Source of the DNA: Lingula anatina | Taxonomy: Eukaryota; Animalia; Brachiopoda | Reading direction: 5' to 3' | DNA: 64,000 nt | NCBI GenBank assembly: GCA_051362555.1 | Contig: CM120646.1 | Location: 14,818,001 to 14,882,000, forward strand | Shown: positions 29,267 through 43,475 of the stretch, in pieces | Numbering within the stretch: the first letter of the stretch is position 1 | How the letters are laid out: every line of letters starts with the position of its first letter | Program-made: the position numbers and the translations under genes | Notes under the pieces: generated by a model | Told to the model about the DNA's origin: nothing | The model's database searches: none | What the model saw: only the letters and a program-made list of their open reading frames with translations

Positions 29267-32200
29267 TTACTTCTTATTCAAAAGTTTTTCATTTTTGTCC
29301 AGACATTTGCAGAAGGCATCTGGGCAATAACTGGGTATATTAGAACAATTGATTTGGCACCAATAGTCTGCAAGAGGTGATTTAAACGTGGGTAAACCAA
29401 CGGCTTTGTAGCAATCCGGTTCTGCTGGAGTTGTTGGGGCCGGTGTAGTGGTAGTGGTATAATACCCCGGGAACACCTTCTCGCGACACGCGCACCATTG
29501 GTCATGCTTACGGCACCCATACCGGCTCCAGCAGTGGTTCTTGCAGTACTGCACAGAGTGGGCCGTGCCTCGCTGGTAAAGGAACGGTTCTGTTGGCCAC
29601 GGGTGACATGTGTCGTAGAGTTCATCTTTCAGACGCTCGGACACGGAGGCGCACATGCAATACCGGGTGTCACAAGAGTCAACGGTACACTGGTCGCGGC
29701 AAAAGAGCCAGGAGCCCGCGGTGTCTCGCTGACCTAGGCGCGGGATGCCCACACAGCCGGACTTGCTGTTCGGGTCGCTCATTTGGCTCTGAAACTGGCT
29801 CCATTGTTTCGAATCAGTGATGGCAACGTCAGCGCAGTTGATGAAGGTTTCCTGTTTGCCACATCCGCTGCATCCCTCACCAGTTTCGAAGTCGTAGTCC
29901 CAGTTGTTGCCTGTAATATTATTAAGTAAAATATATAACGGCAAAATTCAACACAATTCTACGAACTTATCAAAAGGAAGACCTATGAATGTTTTGTTTC
30001 AGTCAGGCGTGTGGTCACACCCATGCATTTTTCTGAGTCACATTGAATGTTTTCATTTTATAGGCATGTTTGGCATATCATCACACTCGAGTTCTCATTG
30101 TCACGCTCAAAACATTTTTCATCCTGTTCTTACTTCCAAATAAGTTTTATCGGCACAAACTTCGTGGGACTAATAGGGTTTGCTTAAGCCTGTTTAAGCA
30201 TGTTTAACAAAATAAGTGTAGCCCGAAAATTGGCCAAATGTTTAAACCACAATTTCAGTCTATTTGACAAGATGAATGAGTGTAGTTCAATGACATGGGA
30301 TATAGCGCTTGTTGTATTAGACCATATCTAATGTTTTAGACCAACACTTTTATTTACCAGGGATAGTACGAAATTTTTTGACTAAATCTTCAGACCAATT
30401 TTAAGTTCATTTGTGAATCAACAATCAGGTGGCCCGTTGCGGCAGTTCGTACCGGGAAAGATTGCCAAATCTTGAAATAAAAACACGACTTTTGACTAAA
30501 GCGAAGCTGACTGGCAAACGAAGCACCAGCTACCAAAGGCCAGCCAGTAAACTTGTGCAAAACTTCTCGCTGGACAGTACAGAAAAGTTCATTACAGAAT
30601 TAGCCAGAGAAATTTCCGTGCATATCTAGTGGAAAATCAATCTGTGGACTTGGTGGATGGAAGTCACGAGGTGCGTGCACTGCCAAACCACAACACGGCA
30701 TTGAAAATGTTCTATTAACGCCATCCAATTAGCGATTAATTCTAACAGATGAAGTTATTATGCGATGATGGCAATAAAGGATTATCTTATAGCCTAGGAC
30801 GTCTTATGATCGTCCAGACATAGATATGATAAAACATCCCTTTATAACATATTCGCTGAGGTACAATGAGGTTAAAGCACAATAAACACACCCTTGCTTA
30901 GATCAAGGGAGGACCAAATCTCTTACGTGCCCCAAAAACATATACTACTAATCAGAGAGGCATAAGCATGCCCTTGGCAAAATGTTAAGTTTGCAGCAAT
31001 ATTGCAGCAATACTACTGCAAACTAAAAGTTTGCGGCAACGATTTTACAGAAGTTTACATGAAACATTTTATTGCTGCTAATTTGCTGTAATATGGCGGC
31101 AAATTTGCAAGAAGGAACAGCAGTTTCCAACAAATTTGCTACAAATATGCAGCAGGTCTGATATCTTGCTAAGGTAGGCAACAGTTACAGGATCTGACTA
31201 ATGCCATGGCAGATATCGAGAGCAAAATATCATAAGTATCATTCATGACGTATGCCTATAAATTCCATATACTTTCTATTAGAAATCTTCCAGCAGTTGC
31301 GAAATTATATTGAAGTCTTTCATGTATCCGCCAGAAGATCTGTTGTAAGGAGCACAAGATACACCTTATCTTATGCTTTTGTTCTGTACATTCGCCGTGG
31401 TTTAAAGTGGCATCCACTTGTATTTTTCACTCTTGTTGAGGAGTGGAGCTACTCGGCGAATACCGAAAACAAAAGACTCGGGTAAGGAATAACCCACGTT
31501 GATTTTTAACGCCCCCGTGCGTGCGTTTGATGTATTCATAATTGCATGTACTGTGACTCTACTTACGTCCTCTATGAACACGTACTGTTATTTCCTCAGC
31601 ATGGATGATTTGGTAAAACTTATCTTCCATAGGCTCTACGCATGCTGTATTTACCAAAACAATAAACACCCAAGCAAAATCTACTTAACATTAGAAACAG
31701 TCATTTCAAATTGCGTGATTACGTCAAAGGCGTGTCACTTGCGTTGAGAAGTGCGACGATCACATCTGGCGAAAATAAGTTTGCAATCATGAAGGAAATG
31801 ATGCAGGGATCCTCAACATGTTACAGGCCCACTCACAAAAATACCCCCACAATTTGAAAGAAAAATGGTCACGTTTAATAAAGTACTAAATATTATTATT
31901 AGTAGTAATATTTTGATACTTACAGATGGAAGGTACACTTAAAACACTACAAATTGTTATAATTCTAAAAATGAAAACGAGAACATTTGAGTTAACGGGT
32001 ACATTCTAAAATAAATTTCCAAAACCTGATTTTAAACTGAAATGTAGCAGATACCTACATTTTGTAAAATCGTAAAATTAAACAAAAGTTGACAGTATTC
32101 AGTGAAAAGTGTATGAGGATTTTGCAGTTTTGGCACTTTCAATTTCTGAGCATTTCGTTGTTTATAAAATTGTTCGCTTTGTTTTGGTAAAAGATGTGGT

Positions 32201-35200
32201 CAAGATTTTGTTATCTTAAATGTACTTTGTGTTATTCATAATATCAGGCCTAAATTTGAAGTAAGAAAATACAAAGAAAAGTTTAAAGCAGTGACAGCTC
32301 AGATGTTATCCCTACTGTTAAACAGCAATTACTTATGCAAGTACACTAAATGTCTTGTTATAATTAGACTAAATAAGGCGCCTGTCTGACAACAAGGGGC
32401 ACAGGATTTTATGGCAAGGTCCGGAATACAAATGTAACTACACTGCTATCTATATAGACCTACCTGCCGTGTATTTCCATTGCAGAACGCATTGTTTCTC
32501 GCACACCACGTCCTCTGGGAGTTTCAGAAGGACAGTGAAGTTATGGCTCCATGGCGTATACATGGGTATGTGCCAGCGAGTGCCTGTGCCGTCGGCTAAG
32601 GACAGGGGGTGCCTGGAACAGCCAAACTGCGTGATTTATGATATCGGATTTACCTATCTTTACAAGCCTATATATTTACAGTTTATCGGAAGTGAAGGGA
32701 TAACAATGTAAAGGCGTCTGGTGTGGAAGTACACTGTAGTATTGCAAGGACCCCCTACGTCTGTGCTGTACCAAAAAGTATTAAAAAGCGAAAATTTAGG
32801 GTTAAGACAATGAAATAGTATAACTAGGAAAAAATGCTGGTATACGCTAAGTGACCTTATAACGAAATTGGATGATCTATCCATTATTAATTGTAGGATA
32901 CAATTCCGTGTTGTTTATTTTCAAACGCCGCTTCAAGCTACTCGCTACCGCAGATATTCTTCAATAAAAATTAAATACAACCACCTAGCGCCAAATATAT
33001 TATGTATTTCTGTGTAATCTTTTTCAGATGTGAAAGTCTTAAAATACAGAATGTGTTACGAGTATACAGGTAGTTAATGGTACAGGCATTTGTCAAAAAA
33101 ATATAAAAAAGGGTTTGAAATGTTTAAAAATAGACATCATATCTTTAGTGCAAGGAGCAAGGAAATCAGCTTGTAATCATAACATCGAACATCGAATATT
33201 TTTACCTGTCTAGACACTCCTGAGTCACGCGGCGGTTGAAATTGTCGTTGGGACAGATGCGGAACTCAAAGTGACCCTTGTGGTTGGTGGTCAGCCTGAT
33301 GTGGACCTTGATTACGTCACCGCGTTGGTAACGTCTGGCGGCAATTTTTGGGACGTAAATCCCATAGGGTGGCTGATTCAAGTAGGGTCCGCCGTACGCG
33401 TCCCCGCAGGCACCGCATTTGCCTCCGTTGGTGTCCCACTGCATCTGAAACATGGAAATACTTGTGACGGCGACTTAATACACATTTTGTTTGGGATGTA
33501 GTTTTGTCATGAGATCGTGAGCAAATTAACAAAATTATATATCAAAAATAATCTTTACACTTTATTGAGCATTAAAATAATGGAATCGGAAATAATTCTA
33601 TACCCTAAGTCAAGGGAAGCTGATGCTTAGCGGGCAATGACCTTTTCTTTCTTTTCGGCTCGCTTGTAACGCGCAACATTACATTTTCAAGCCATTACAT
33701 TTTTTCACAGTCATTTCAGCTTGGTTGACGTGCCGTTACTAACTGAGAATAATTGTGACACGTATGTACATGTACTTCTTTCGATACAGAGATGGCTTGT
33801 TTCTATTTAATTTACCACTGCAAATGGGATTAATCCGACAAAAGACACGGTCTTTTCGCCCCAAAGCACAAAACGTTATATAACGTTACCGTAACGTTAC
33901 CACAACGTTTTTTGGTTATATAATCTTTATGATGGGTACGTTATAATAACGCTCTGTGTTTGCTGGGCACTTAGTGTAAAATGAAATCTTAGCCTCTGTC
34001 GACACACGTTCAACCCTCGTGCCACCTTTAATCAGACTAGGCCAATTCCAGCTAACCAAAAACATAACGATCGCTAATTCAGTGCAGTTATGAATTGCTC
34101 AACAATCATATAATCGAACGTTTTTGTTTGAATAGATAAAATTTTGTCATAATGTCGACTAAACGTTTCGGGGATTATAGACCCGCCTATTACTCTTACC
34201 ACACTCATACAAGTCGTTACCCAACAACTTTTTTATTACTTGAAAGCAGCTTAACTTCGTTGTGCTCCTATGAAAGTCTGTGAGGAGCATACAAGGTTTC
34301 TCATCAGCCGCCGCCAGGCCAGAAAATAGGCAATTGCTCCTTTTTAACTGTTCTGTCCATTTCTGACAAAGAATGTCGTAAATCACATGTATATGACGTT
34401 TATTAGGACTAGTTCAAACTCATTGCCTCCTACACACAGACAATCACCGCTTGCTTCTTGCAATTATGAATCGTTTATTAACGACCCTATTATCAGAGGC
34501 CTGTTTTATATAGACACGGCTAAAGTAAGTTTTAGGGCAAAAACGATAGCCTACTTAGACTAACTGGACTAAGAGGAAATTGGCAAAGAATCTAAAATGT
34601 CTTTTTTCTCTCTTTTTTTATTTTTTGTTTTCAGTTAATAAGTTTGACCAAACTAATCATCCTGACGAAACATTTTGCTCTTTGTAGTGTCTTAGACCCC
34701 ATTTCCATACCTAGATCGATCTAGCAAGATCGACCCATCTCCGAGGGGTTTCTCGCTAATTTCCTTTTAGTTTAAGCGGTTTAGATGTCTGGAACGTCTA
34801 CTGAAGCTGCTAAACTATAGTTAATTGTCCCCTCATAGCTTCAGTAAGCGAGTCAGGCATCAGAGCCGCTGAAGCTGAAAGCAATTTAGCGAGAAACCCC
34901 TCGGAGATGGGTCCTGCTAGATCGATCTAGGGTATGGGAACGGGCACTTAAGCCTATTTACTTATGTCTAACACATCTTTGGTGGGCCAGTTATATTCAA
35001 AAGTCTACGGACCATTAACACTGGGTTGAGTTTTAGCAGTCTATGCTGAGTCTAAGAAGTTTAACTACAGTTGTCTTTTATGCAACAGGCCCCGGCTACT
35101 GTCCATGATATCTTTTACTCACCCCTAAACCGCCGCAGTTGAGTTCATTGTCACTGTAGTTTGGGTTGACATCATACCCTAGTCGCCACATGCTGGACCT

Positions 35201-35281
35201 TCCTGCCGGGTTCAGCAACATGCCGTGGCCGTCCACTGCGGACGACAGCGATACAACAGCCATCACAATCCTCAGCAACAT
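29267..35281 (-). CDS. AA15-family lytic polysaccharide monooxygenase (~396 aa) with three C-terminal 6-Cys modules
   Basis: Exons 35281-35123, 33444-33206, 32612-32464, 29910-29267 join in frame. Signal peptide ends AVDG, then H1 (HGMLLNPAGRSSMWR), DNELNCGG, GGKCGACGD, LTTNHKGHFEFRICP (second His), CVLQWKYTAGNNW and CGKQETFINCADVAI. Confidence 0.93.
30971..31175. mobile_element. MITE-like element with internal ttgcagcaa-type repeats, in an LPMO intron
   Basis: Imperfect TIRs ccttggcaaaat / atcttgctaagg enclose repeated ttgcagcaa / ttgctgcta / ttgctgtaa units. Confidence 0.55.
33859..33967. mobile_element. Small degraded MITE-like element with internal aacgtt repeats
   Basis: Ends ccccaaagcaca / tgtgtttgctggg are imperfectly inverted; several internal (a)acgtt(a) units. 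Confidence 0.45.
34695..34948. mobile_element. MITE-like inverted-repeat element (copy 2), in an LPMO intron
   Basis: Long inverted arms ccatacctagatcgatctagca...acccatctccgaggggtttctcgctaa and ttagcgagaaacccctcggagatgggt...tgctagatcgatctagggtatgg. Related to 8216-8431. Confidence 0.8.
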
Positions 35282-35291
35282 TGCAACGTAT

Positions 35292-35480
35292 CTAGAGCAG
35301 AAGAGACAAATATGCTACTTGCAAAAACTGCTAAAATTGCACAAAATAGTGCTTACTGTAATTTTTGTTGAAAGATGGCGTTTTTCGAAGACAACGCGAA
35401 CCCTAACACAAAATGATACAGGTAACAGTTATGATTTTGAAAAGGCGTCGGTGTCCCCGTTGAGTCCTTATTTATACAAT
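35292..35480 (-). promoter_or_regulatory. LPMO TATA box, non-coding first exon and 65-nt 5' UTR intron
   Basis: Minus-strand TATAAATA at 35476-35469, donor gtaagc at 35356, acceptor ctctag ending at 35292. Confidence 0.5.
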
Positions 35481-38400
35481 CACATAGCACCTAAATTATA
35501 CCAGGCATTTATGTCCTTTTATACCCTTCCCGTTTCCCTCCATGATTTTGCACGATTTCTATCTACAAGGGACATTTTCCCCTATCTCTGTCAGCGTCGT
35601 GACTCACACCACACGTATTCACCGTTACAGGTCGCTGTACAGAGGGACACGGCGTGTTCCCCCGAGTCCAACTTGCTTGGGTTACAGTCTAAATACCTTG
35701 GTCTTGTTCACGCTGAAATTATGTAAAAGTGGCGTATATTGTTGTGTTTTATTTTGCGCAAACATAATAAATGTCGCCATTAGATAATTCTTTTTAAGAA
35801 ACACATTTAGTTGTGAATATCCCCATGATGATGAATAATTTGTAATTTATCTTTACTAAGAATTTCCTCATTCCTGCTCATTAGCAAAGTAGCCTAGACA
35901 ATAGCGCGAATTCCAGTTAGTGCACTTGGAAGGCTTGATTAAGCCGTAAATTAGCGGGTGATAATTTGAGAAAAACGCGCGAATACACATCAGCACGAAA
36001 ATACGCTCAGATATGCACGCACGCATTTTGCATAAGTTTTGACGCATCAAACACTTTCTCTAAACCATTTCAAGACTGCGGGTATTTTGACCTTGTGCAT
36101 ACAGAGCCGTGCGTGTTCCTCTCTCTGTGATTTTCAAGATGTGGTAGATAATCTAAGGCGATCGCGAAACTCGGGTTTGTGGTTCATCTATCACACCAAG
36201 AAATCTCAACCGACCATAGTTACGCTGTCAGCCGAATACACTTAACGTTTCTGTGGTTTCTAACACGGCTAGTACATATAGCGAAACTTGTAAGAACTTC
36301 CATTTGGATTATAGTGCAAGGGCATCTTGGGCATTAAATGACTCCCTTTGGCAAGTTTAAAGATGTTGATCGGTCATTTGGCTGTTATGTTTTGTGTTAA
36401 GGTTTGAGAACAATCATAACCTTTAAGAGCAATAGAAAGGGGTTAAATTTAAATGTGAAATATTATTCATAAATTGTTTTGAACTCACTTAAGTTGTTTA
36501 CAAACGGTCAAAGCATAGGGTGAAATTACTGACCCGAAATACTCCACGAAGATGGATCTGATAACATTTTCTTTATTTTTTTACTGCATTCCAAGTGTCA
36601 AATTCTATCAGTTCTGAACACTACGTCCATACTTGTTTCATGCATCACTTTTTGAACTGCATTTGAGGCGAGCGCATTTATGCGTTATTCTATAAAATCT
36701 GTGCTCAGTAAAATGTTATATGAATGGGAAACAGTCTCTCAAATCGTGATTGCTCTCACTCAAGAAAGAATTCATAAGCGATTACCAATAAACGTAGATA
36801 TATAAATGCCTTTCGTAGCGTTATGGCACTTTGTGGAATTTTGTTACTGTTAGTTAAGACCACAGTCTGTCGCAAGCTGAGAGGGTTCGATGAAAACAAG
36901 GTACGTGTTTTGGGCATGAAAGTTCTGATAGCAGGCTTTTTACGATCAGTTTTATTTACCACATAAATTAGATATACCCGAATCGTCATATTCCCATTAA
37001 TATGTGCTCTCTGATCTTCCCATGTGGTAAATCTGGTTGGAATTGGGGACATTTAAGGGTGGGCTAAAGGTATCCAAATATTCACCTCTCCCATCCAGTG
37101 CTGCCTGCTTTAATGCTGAAATGTCACTGAAGTCACACTTTGCAATGTTATTAATGAGTTTTATCCATATCTGATCAACATCTATCTAAACTGTTTTTTT
37201 TTTTCAACTGTCCTCATTCCAAGTCATGAAAAACATTAACATTATCTTTAAAGGTGCAATTGTTTAGTTTAATCGAGTAGAAAGACAGACAGACAGACAG
37301 ACAGACAGGCAGACAGACAAACAGACTGTAACGCAAACTATTGCCTCCTGTACATGTGTATTATAAAGACAAATAATAAAAACGGAGAGAAAAAAGAACT
37401 TGATGTGGCAAATGTATACATTCCATGCACATGTACCATTACGTACAAAACAAGTTAAAATCACCAGGCCCCGTCCCTGGAGAGCGAGACACATCACACA
37501 AGGACAACAGGGCCCTGCACGCCCCGTTAACCTGACGATGAACGGGCGGTAATGGAGATTTATCAAGATAAAAAAGCAGGTACAGGAAGGAAGATGACAC
37601 TGGTATCGGTCATTATACCTGCTTGTAATACTCCTAGTTATGTACATTACCAGTTCCTGGCACAAAAGTCAATCAGAGACAACAACTCGTGCTTGCGCAC
37701 CTGCCATTAAAGTCATATAAATCATGACGCACCGACCGGACATGACATCCCTCATTGCCAGGTCGCTTAATTCGTCGCGTCCGACGCATGAGTTAGCGAT
37801 ATCCATTAGATTACCACTGATACCGATGGAGCATATACGTGACTTAATTAGTTGGAGAAATGCCACTCTATTTGTGTAGTTAACTTAATGATCGTGAGCT
37901 GTATTGTTGTCCTTCTCTCTCTTTTTTTTTTCGCTTTACACTTTATCTTTGACTTAAAAGCACGCAGCAGCCCTTCTACACAACAAAACACTTGGTTTTA
38001 ACAAAATAGATAGAATTCTGAAAAAAATACTTGAAAGCGTATCTTAAAGGACATTCTCGAGTTATGAGACTGATAGGAAGAACGACGAGAACTTAAGTAT
38101 AAAGTCTATTGCGGTCCAATAACCTACAAAAGATTCCTTTTAGGTTTTATTTATTTTTTCATTTATAAATGTCTTTATTTATTTATTCAACCCTTTTTGG
38201 TGGGGAAAAGCCCTCTCTGATTAAAATTTTGATTTAGGTTCTAAGCCATTTCCCAAGTTGAGTCAAACAAGGGGTAAAAAGATCTTTTGGTTTCAGAGAA
38301 TGGGCCCACGTTTTTAAAATTGCTGGCTACAGTCCTATTTTAAATGAATCATCGCCCGTTTGGCAACAAATGTATCAGCTATCTGCTTCCGCAGGACTTT

Positions 38401-41159
38401 TGTAAAGAAATTTACCATTTCGGTTTATATGTGTCATTTGACTGGATGTCCGTTTAAAAATGTTCCATTTCCTATGAATCACGCGCCAACTTGAAATGTC
38501 TTTAGAGTTGAATATCTTTAAATGCGTTTCGAGAATGGACCGCTATCTCACTTGCACCTCACGATCTGTATTCGAGTGAGACAGGTGTTTTGCATATTTT
38601 GCCCCTGAGGTTATATATTAATGAGTCAGTGCTTGATTTTGCTATAAAATAACCATTTGATAGCTTGAAGGTTAAAGCATGTACATCGAGACTACGCAAC
38701 TTTCTTTCCTGTAGATTACTGATTTCTGCTTTGCCATCGTGAACGGAAACGAAGACATGAGAGGAAGTAAAACATGTTCGTGGCCGGGAGAGGGGGGGGG
38801 GGAGGTTCAGGTGGTTTAAAAGAACCGCCCCTAAGGCCGAAAAAGTCCGCTCTGAATCAACATTTGAACTACGTCCTGTGCAATTTTAAAGTTGGACTTA
38901 CGACGGAGTTAAAAGGGTCATTTTTTTAAAGGTACCCCTTTATAAAAAGTACAGTTAAGAGCCCGTAAAAAGCTCAAGTACACTTTCCCCTGCCTTCTAC
39001 ATAAAGTAGTGATATATTGTTCTTTTGGGATATTGTACATGTGCACGCCCATACTTGTAACCGTAACAAAACCAGGAAGTCTTGGATGTGTAAACGCGGT
39101 TGAAGTATTTATCATCAACCACCACAAAACAAACCGAAACCTGCCACAACGGAGACGCCTTTAAAAGATAATGCAGAAGCCCGTCTTACGTGTCCAAATT
39201 GTGGGTAGATGCTAATCGGTCATGTTCTCGGCGAAGGCCATACATATCCCCGTGTATCAGGAGTATTAGTGGTTTCAGGTACTTTTCGATATATGGGCAA
39301 AATTCATGTACTGGTACATGTAGTTTGCTTTCCGTAAAATATTTTGATTTAGAACGAATACATGTGTCTTATCTGTTAGAGTAGCTGACAGGTTGCATAA
39401 CACCACTCTCAACAAGCGGGGATCATTTTTTTTTTTTTTTTGAAAATGGGGGTGCAAGATTGATTTTAGAATCAAAATTAACTGTAGAGATGGTAACTTT
39501 AATTCGGACAGTTCTGGTAACTGACATGTGATAAGACCTGTAAGCGGTGTAAGTAACGGTGAATAATAGAACCACTAATAACGGTTCAACATAAGAGTGA
39601 CACCTCACGATGCGATGACGTATGATAAAGTGTGGTCTATAAGCTGGTCAGATTAAATGATTGTGGTAATAAGTACTGACATTAGTATGACAAAGGTCGA
39701 TCTCCTGGTTTGCACTTGGTTAGATAATCGATCATAAAATCTTAAAAAGTGTGCGGTGGAAGAAAATCTAACAAACACACTAAAATTATTTTTAAGAAAG
39801 AACAAATGAGCTGAAGCATTGAGATTTGGAAAGTGAAAATGGTGAGAAAAAGATGTCACAAGTACTGTACTAAAATATGGAAGCAAGTCACCATATGAAA
39901 AAAATGTATTCAAATGTTTATTTATTCAGTGCCAGCTGTTGTGCACTTATAGTGATACATCCCCATTATAGCCATTTGAAATGAAAAGTACGTGAAAAGG
40001 GGACGGTCTGAGGGTGTGATCCAGACGTCTCTTTTTATAACCCCCGACCAGAAAAACACAGAAACAAAAGAGGCCATTATTTTATCAAAGAGTTTTGCTA
40101 TTTCGTGAAATGCTTTTGTGTGGATGGTAATTGTATTACATTGTACACGAATACACAGTCTCTCTCTTCTCTGTGTGTGTGTGTGTGTGTAGGTGTGTTA
40201 AACCAAAACCGTGAGATAGTGTTTGCATTATGAATTCGCTAATGGTTTTACTTGTTTTTTCTCTTTCCACAGAACAAATATAAAATATTAAAACAGACAG
40301 ACCTGACGTAAGTCAAAGTCAAAATGGTTGATATTTTGAGCACAAGACGAATAGTCTTTGCCTTATGTGATCAGTTTATTTTCTCGCCACAGCACTTTTT
40401 AAAAAACACTTTTTTAAAAAATGACGGAAGCATGAAAACCCTGTGTACAAACATGTACAATAAGGAATGTTTATAACCATGCACAGTGTAGCGAGGCACG
40501 CATGGCTGGAGTTATGATGAAATAGTACAAGTTGATACTTCATACCTCAGTTGGTTTGCATAATTGACCATAGAATACCTTCAGTCTGTGGGTTTCAAGT
40601 ACCCGATGGGATATGCACAGCGTAGGTACGGTATTAATGCATTGCATCTTTAGGTAAAGGTCATTACTTTTGTTAAAAGATACTTAAAGATAGTTTTTTC
40701 AATGATAAATGCGATTTTCATCCGATTTGGACTAGAATGTCCAATATCAGCTGTGATCGTTGTCAGATGTACTTATAGTGCAATATCAATCGATTTGAAA
40801 CCTGAAACATACATGTAGGTGATATGGTTATCGTAAAAAAAAAATAAAACAGTATTTCTTCAAACGTATTATATGACAGAGGCAAAGACATGCTACTACT
40901 TGATACATGTATCACGATCAGATTTTCCATTAATCAGTTCTAGAGAACCACAATCACTCAGACTATAACCCACGTTTTAATGTCATGCCTACCTGTTTTT
41001 CATGGCGGTGATAGCTCTTTCGAGTATGAGTTCATTTTTTCGCTATCTTTAAGTTCTTTCCTATCTACTGGCTGGTGACAGTCATTATGTCTTTTGCATG
41101 CCAGAGTGCTAAAGTACCTGAATAATGTTTGTTTCATTTTCAAATGTGGCTTTACCACA

Positions 41160-41194
41160 TCCTCCTCCTCCTCCTCCTCCTCCTCCTCAGCATC

Positions 41195-41228
<34 letters not shown>

Positions 41229-41456
41229 TAACCAACCAATCAATCATATCGACTGCAGTCGACCATCACATCATCAACTGAACATCAGCATGATTAGATT
41301 CCCAGACCCCACGGTCCTACATGAGCCAGGAAAGCTCAGTTGTGATCTCTAAACCAGCGTCCGCAAGGAGAACCTGGACGTAAGTTTTGTTTTATGGACG
41401 CGATGAGCCATGAGTGGGTACCCATACCCAGAGAAGAAATGTGCTACTGCTACTAT

Positions 41457-41506
<50 letters not shown>

Positions 41507-41520
41507 ACAATAATAATAAA
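41160..41520. repeat. Trinucleotide microsatellite cluster (CCT)n, (AAT)n, (ACT)n
   Basis: Directly visible; accounts for the poly-P/N/Y/E/V ORFs in the track. Confidence 0.95.
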
Positions 41521-43475
41521 AATAGTAGTGTTGGTTGCCCTGACACTGTTTCATTTGTAATGGTAGGTACATGAAATCTGTCCCTTGGCAGCGTTATTTT
41601 TCGAATCCAAAAATATATGACACCATTCTGTTTATTCCAGGAATCAAATTCTTGCCAAATAGATACAAATACCCCCTCATTTTCTGTCCAAATAAATATA
41701 ACTTCACTGGCGAAATAGTTAATGTATCATCGATGAAGTGGGGTTACCACATTTACATATCTACAGAATCTAAAAGCTTGGAATTTCGTTTCCAGCATTT
41801 TTACGTTAGATTTCAGACAAAATTACCACTGGCATTTAATAATTGCGTGACAAATCTCACTGACTTATTGAATGAAGTATTTTACGTAAACCGACATTTT
41901 GTCAGTGGCACGCCAAGTTAATAAGCCTGTTCTGTCAACAGAATTATGACAACCGATTCATGTTTTAGTTTAAGGTACAGTTGACGATATATTTATATAG
42001 AAACTAAGGAACACCAAAGCAATGTTTTTTACGATGATGCTTGTCCCATGTCTGAGCCATCACACAGAAGACAAACCAATTAACATTATTATTATTATTA
42101 TTTCTGTTGATTATATTTCACGAATTATCACATTCCATGCGTTGTTCAAGTTTGCTCGTGGCTATGCGCACTTACACAACGTCTCTCTTCTTTTTTCATT
42201 GATGGGTTGATGAAATCACAATCGCATGATAACAAGCAGTTCGGTGCTTTTGATAGAAGCAATTTATTTGATAAACCTCGCCGTTGGAGCAGGTGGGGAG
42301 ATAATACAGAAAGCACTGAACTGAACAATTGCACTGAATCCCCTACAGGTAATGTTTTTAATGCATTTACGGCAATCACAGCGCAGTTAACATGGTACTT
42401 TTTATACAAGATAGTTACGTTCGCATATACACGTATGCATGTATGGTCCTCGCCGCATGTGCGAAAACAGATGAGTCACAAAGTGACGTGTTGGTTGGCG
42501 CCGAGAGGCAGGTAGGTGGGATTGAGCGTTTAATCGTCTGTAAGATTTGTACACTTTTTTCTTACGTCTGGTGTCACATTACTTTGACAACCATCTTGTT
42601 GCAACCCAGCTGTGTTAAACGAAGGTTAAAATTTAGCATGTTTTGGATGTTGACTATACATGCACTACAAATATAAATTAAATATTAATAGTTTTCCTGG
42701 GCAATGTCAGGTTAAATGGATACAAGGACTCGCTGCAAATTCCATAAAGTTTGTCTACATGTGTAGAAATTTAAGAAATGAATTGAATAGTACATGTGAA
42801 TTGATTTAAACAGAAAAGATAGATCACTACAATTCCAATTTGGATTCAGGGGATTTCGATCGTTTGCTGTCGAAAATGGGAGATGCAAAAAGACTGGTTG
42901 ACCAAGTTATCTATAGAAATGGATTTGAAGCTGAAGCACATTTTGTTTTACTTCGGTGCACCGCATATACTGAGTGTTGGTTTGAATTCACAATAATCAT
43001 GGCAACAAATTCATGGCCTCTGGCATCATTTTAACCAAAAAAAAAATATAATGTTTGAAAAGAACACTTGTTTAAAATACAAACTGTGTTATAAGAAGAG
43101 TGTTTTATATACATATGATACTATAATGAAATAAATTAATGATTGAATGAAAAAAATGTTATATTATGTTGTCTTTTTTTCTTTAAATATGGAACTTATA
43201 ATCTAAGGTGTGTTCATTTCAAAAACCAACAGCTAGAATGTACATTGTTCAATTCATTACCTCCGTATGATAAAACGGCGATCGAATCCATCTCAAAAGA
43301 AAAATAAAATGTCTGTGCGGTGCAATGAGGCTAGGACGTGTTCTGATACACGAGAACCTTTGGACTGGAATCAACGGTTTGTTTCGAATTTGTCATGATC
43401 TACAATGTGCAAAGTGAACATCTTTCCCTGAAATATCGTTTCGTTTTCAATTAAAACTCTTATCATTTTTTTCGT

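Noticed and set aside
35166-35726. 186-aa plus-strand ORF
   Set aside because: Antisense to the LPMO first coding exon and promoter, with no recognisable domain.
41000-41546. ORFs with poly-Y/E/P/N/V runs
   Set aside because: These are translations of trinucleotide microsatellites.
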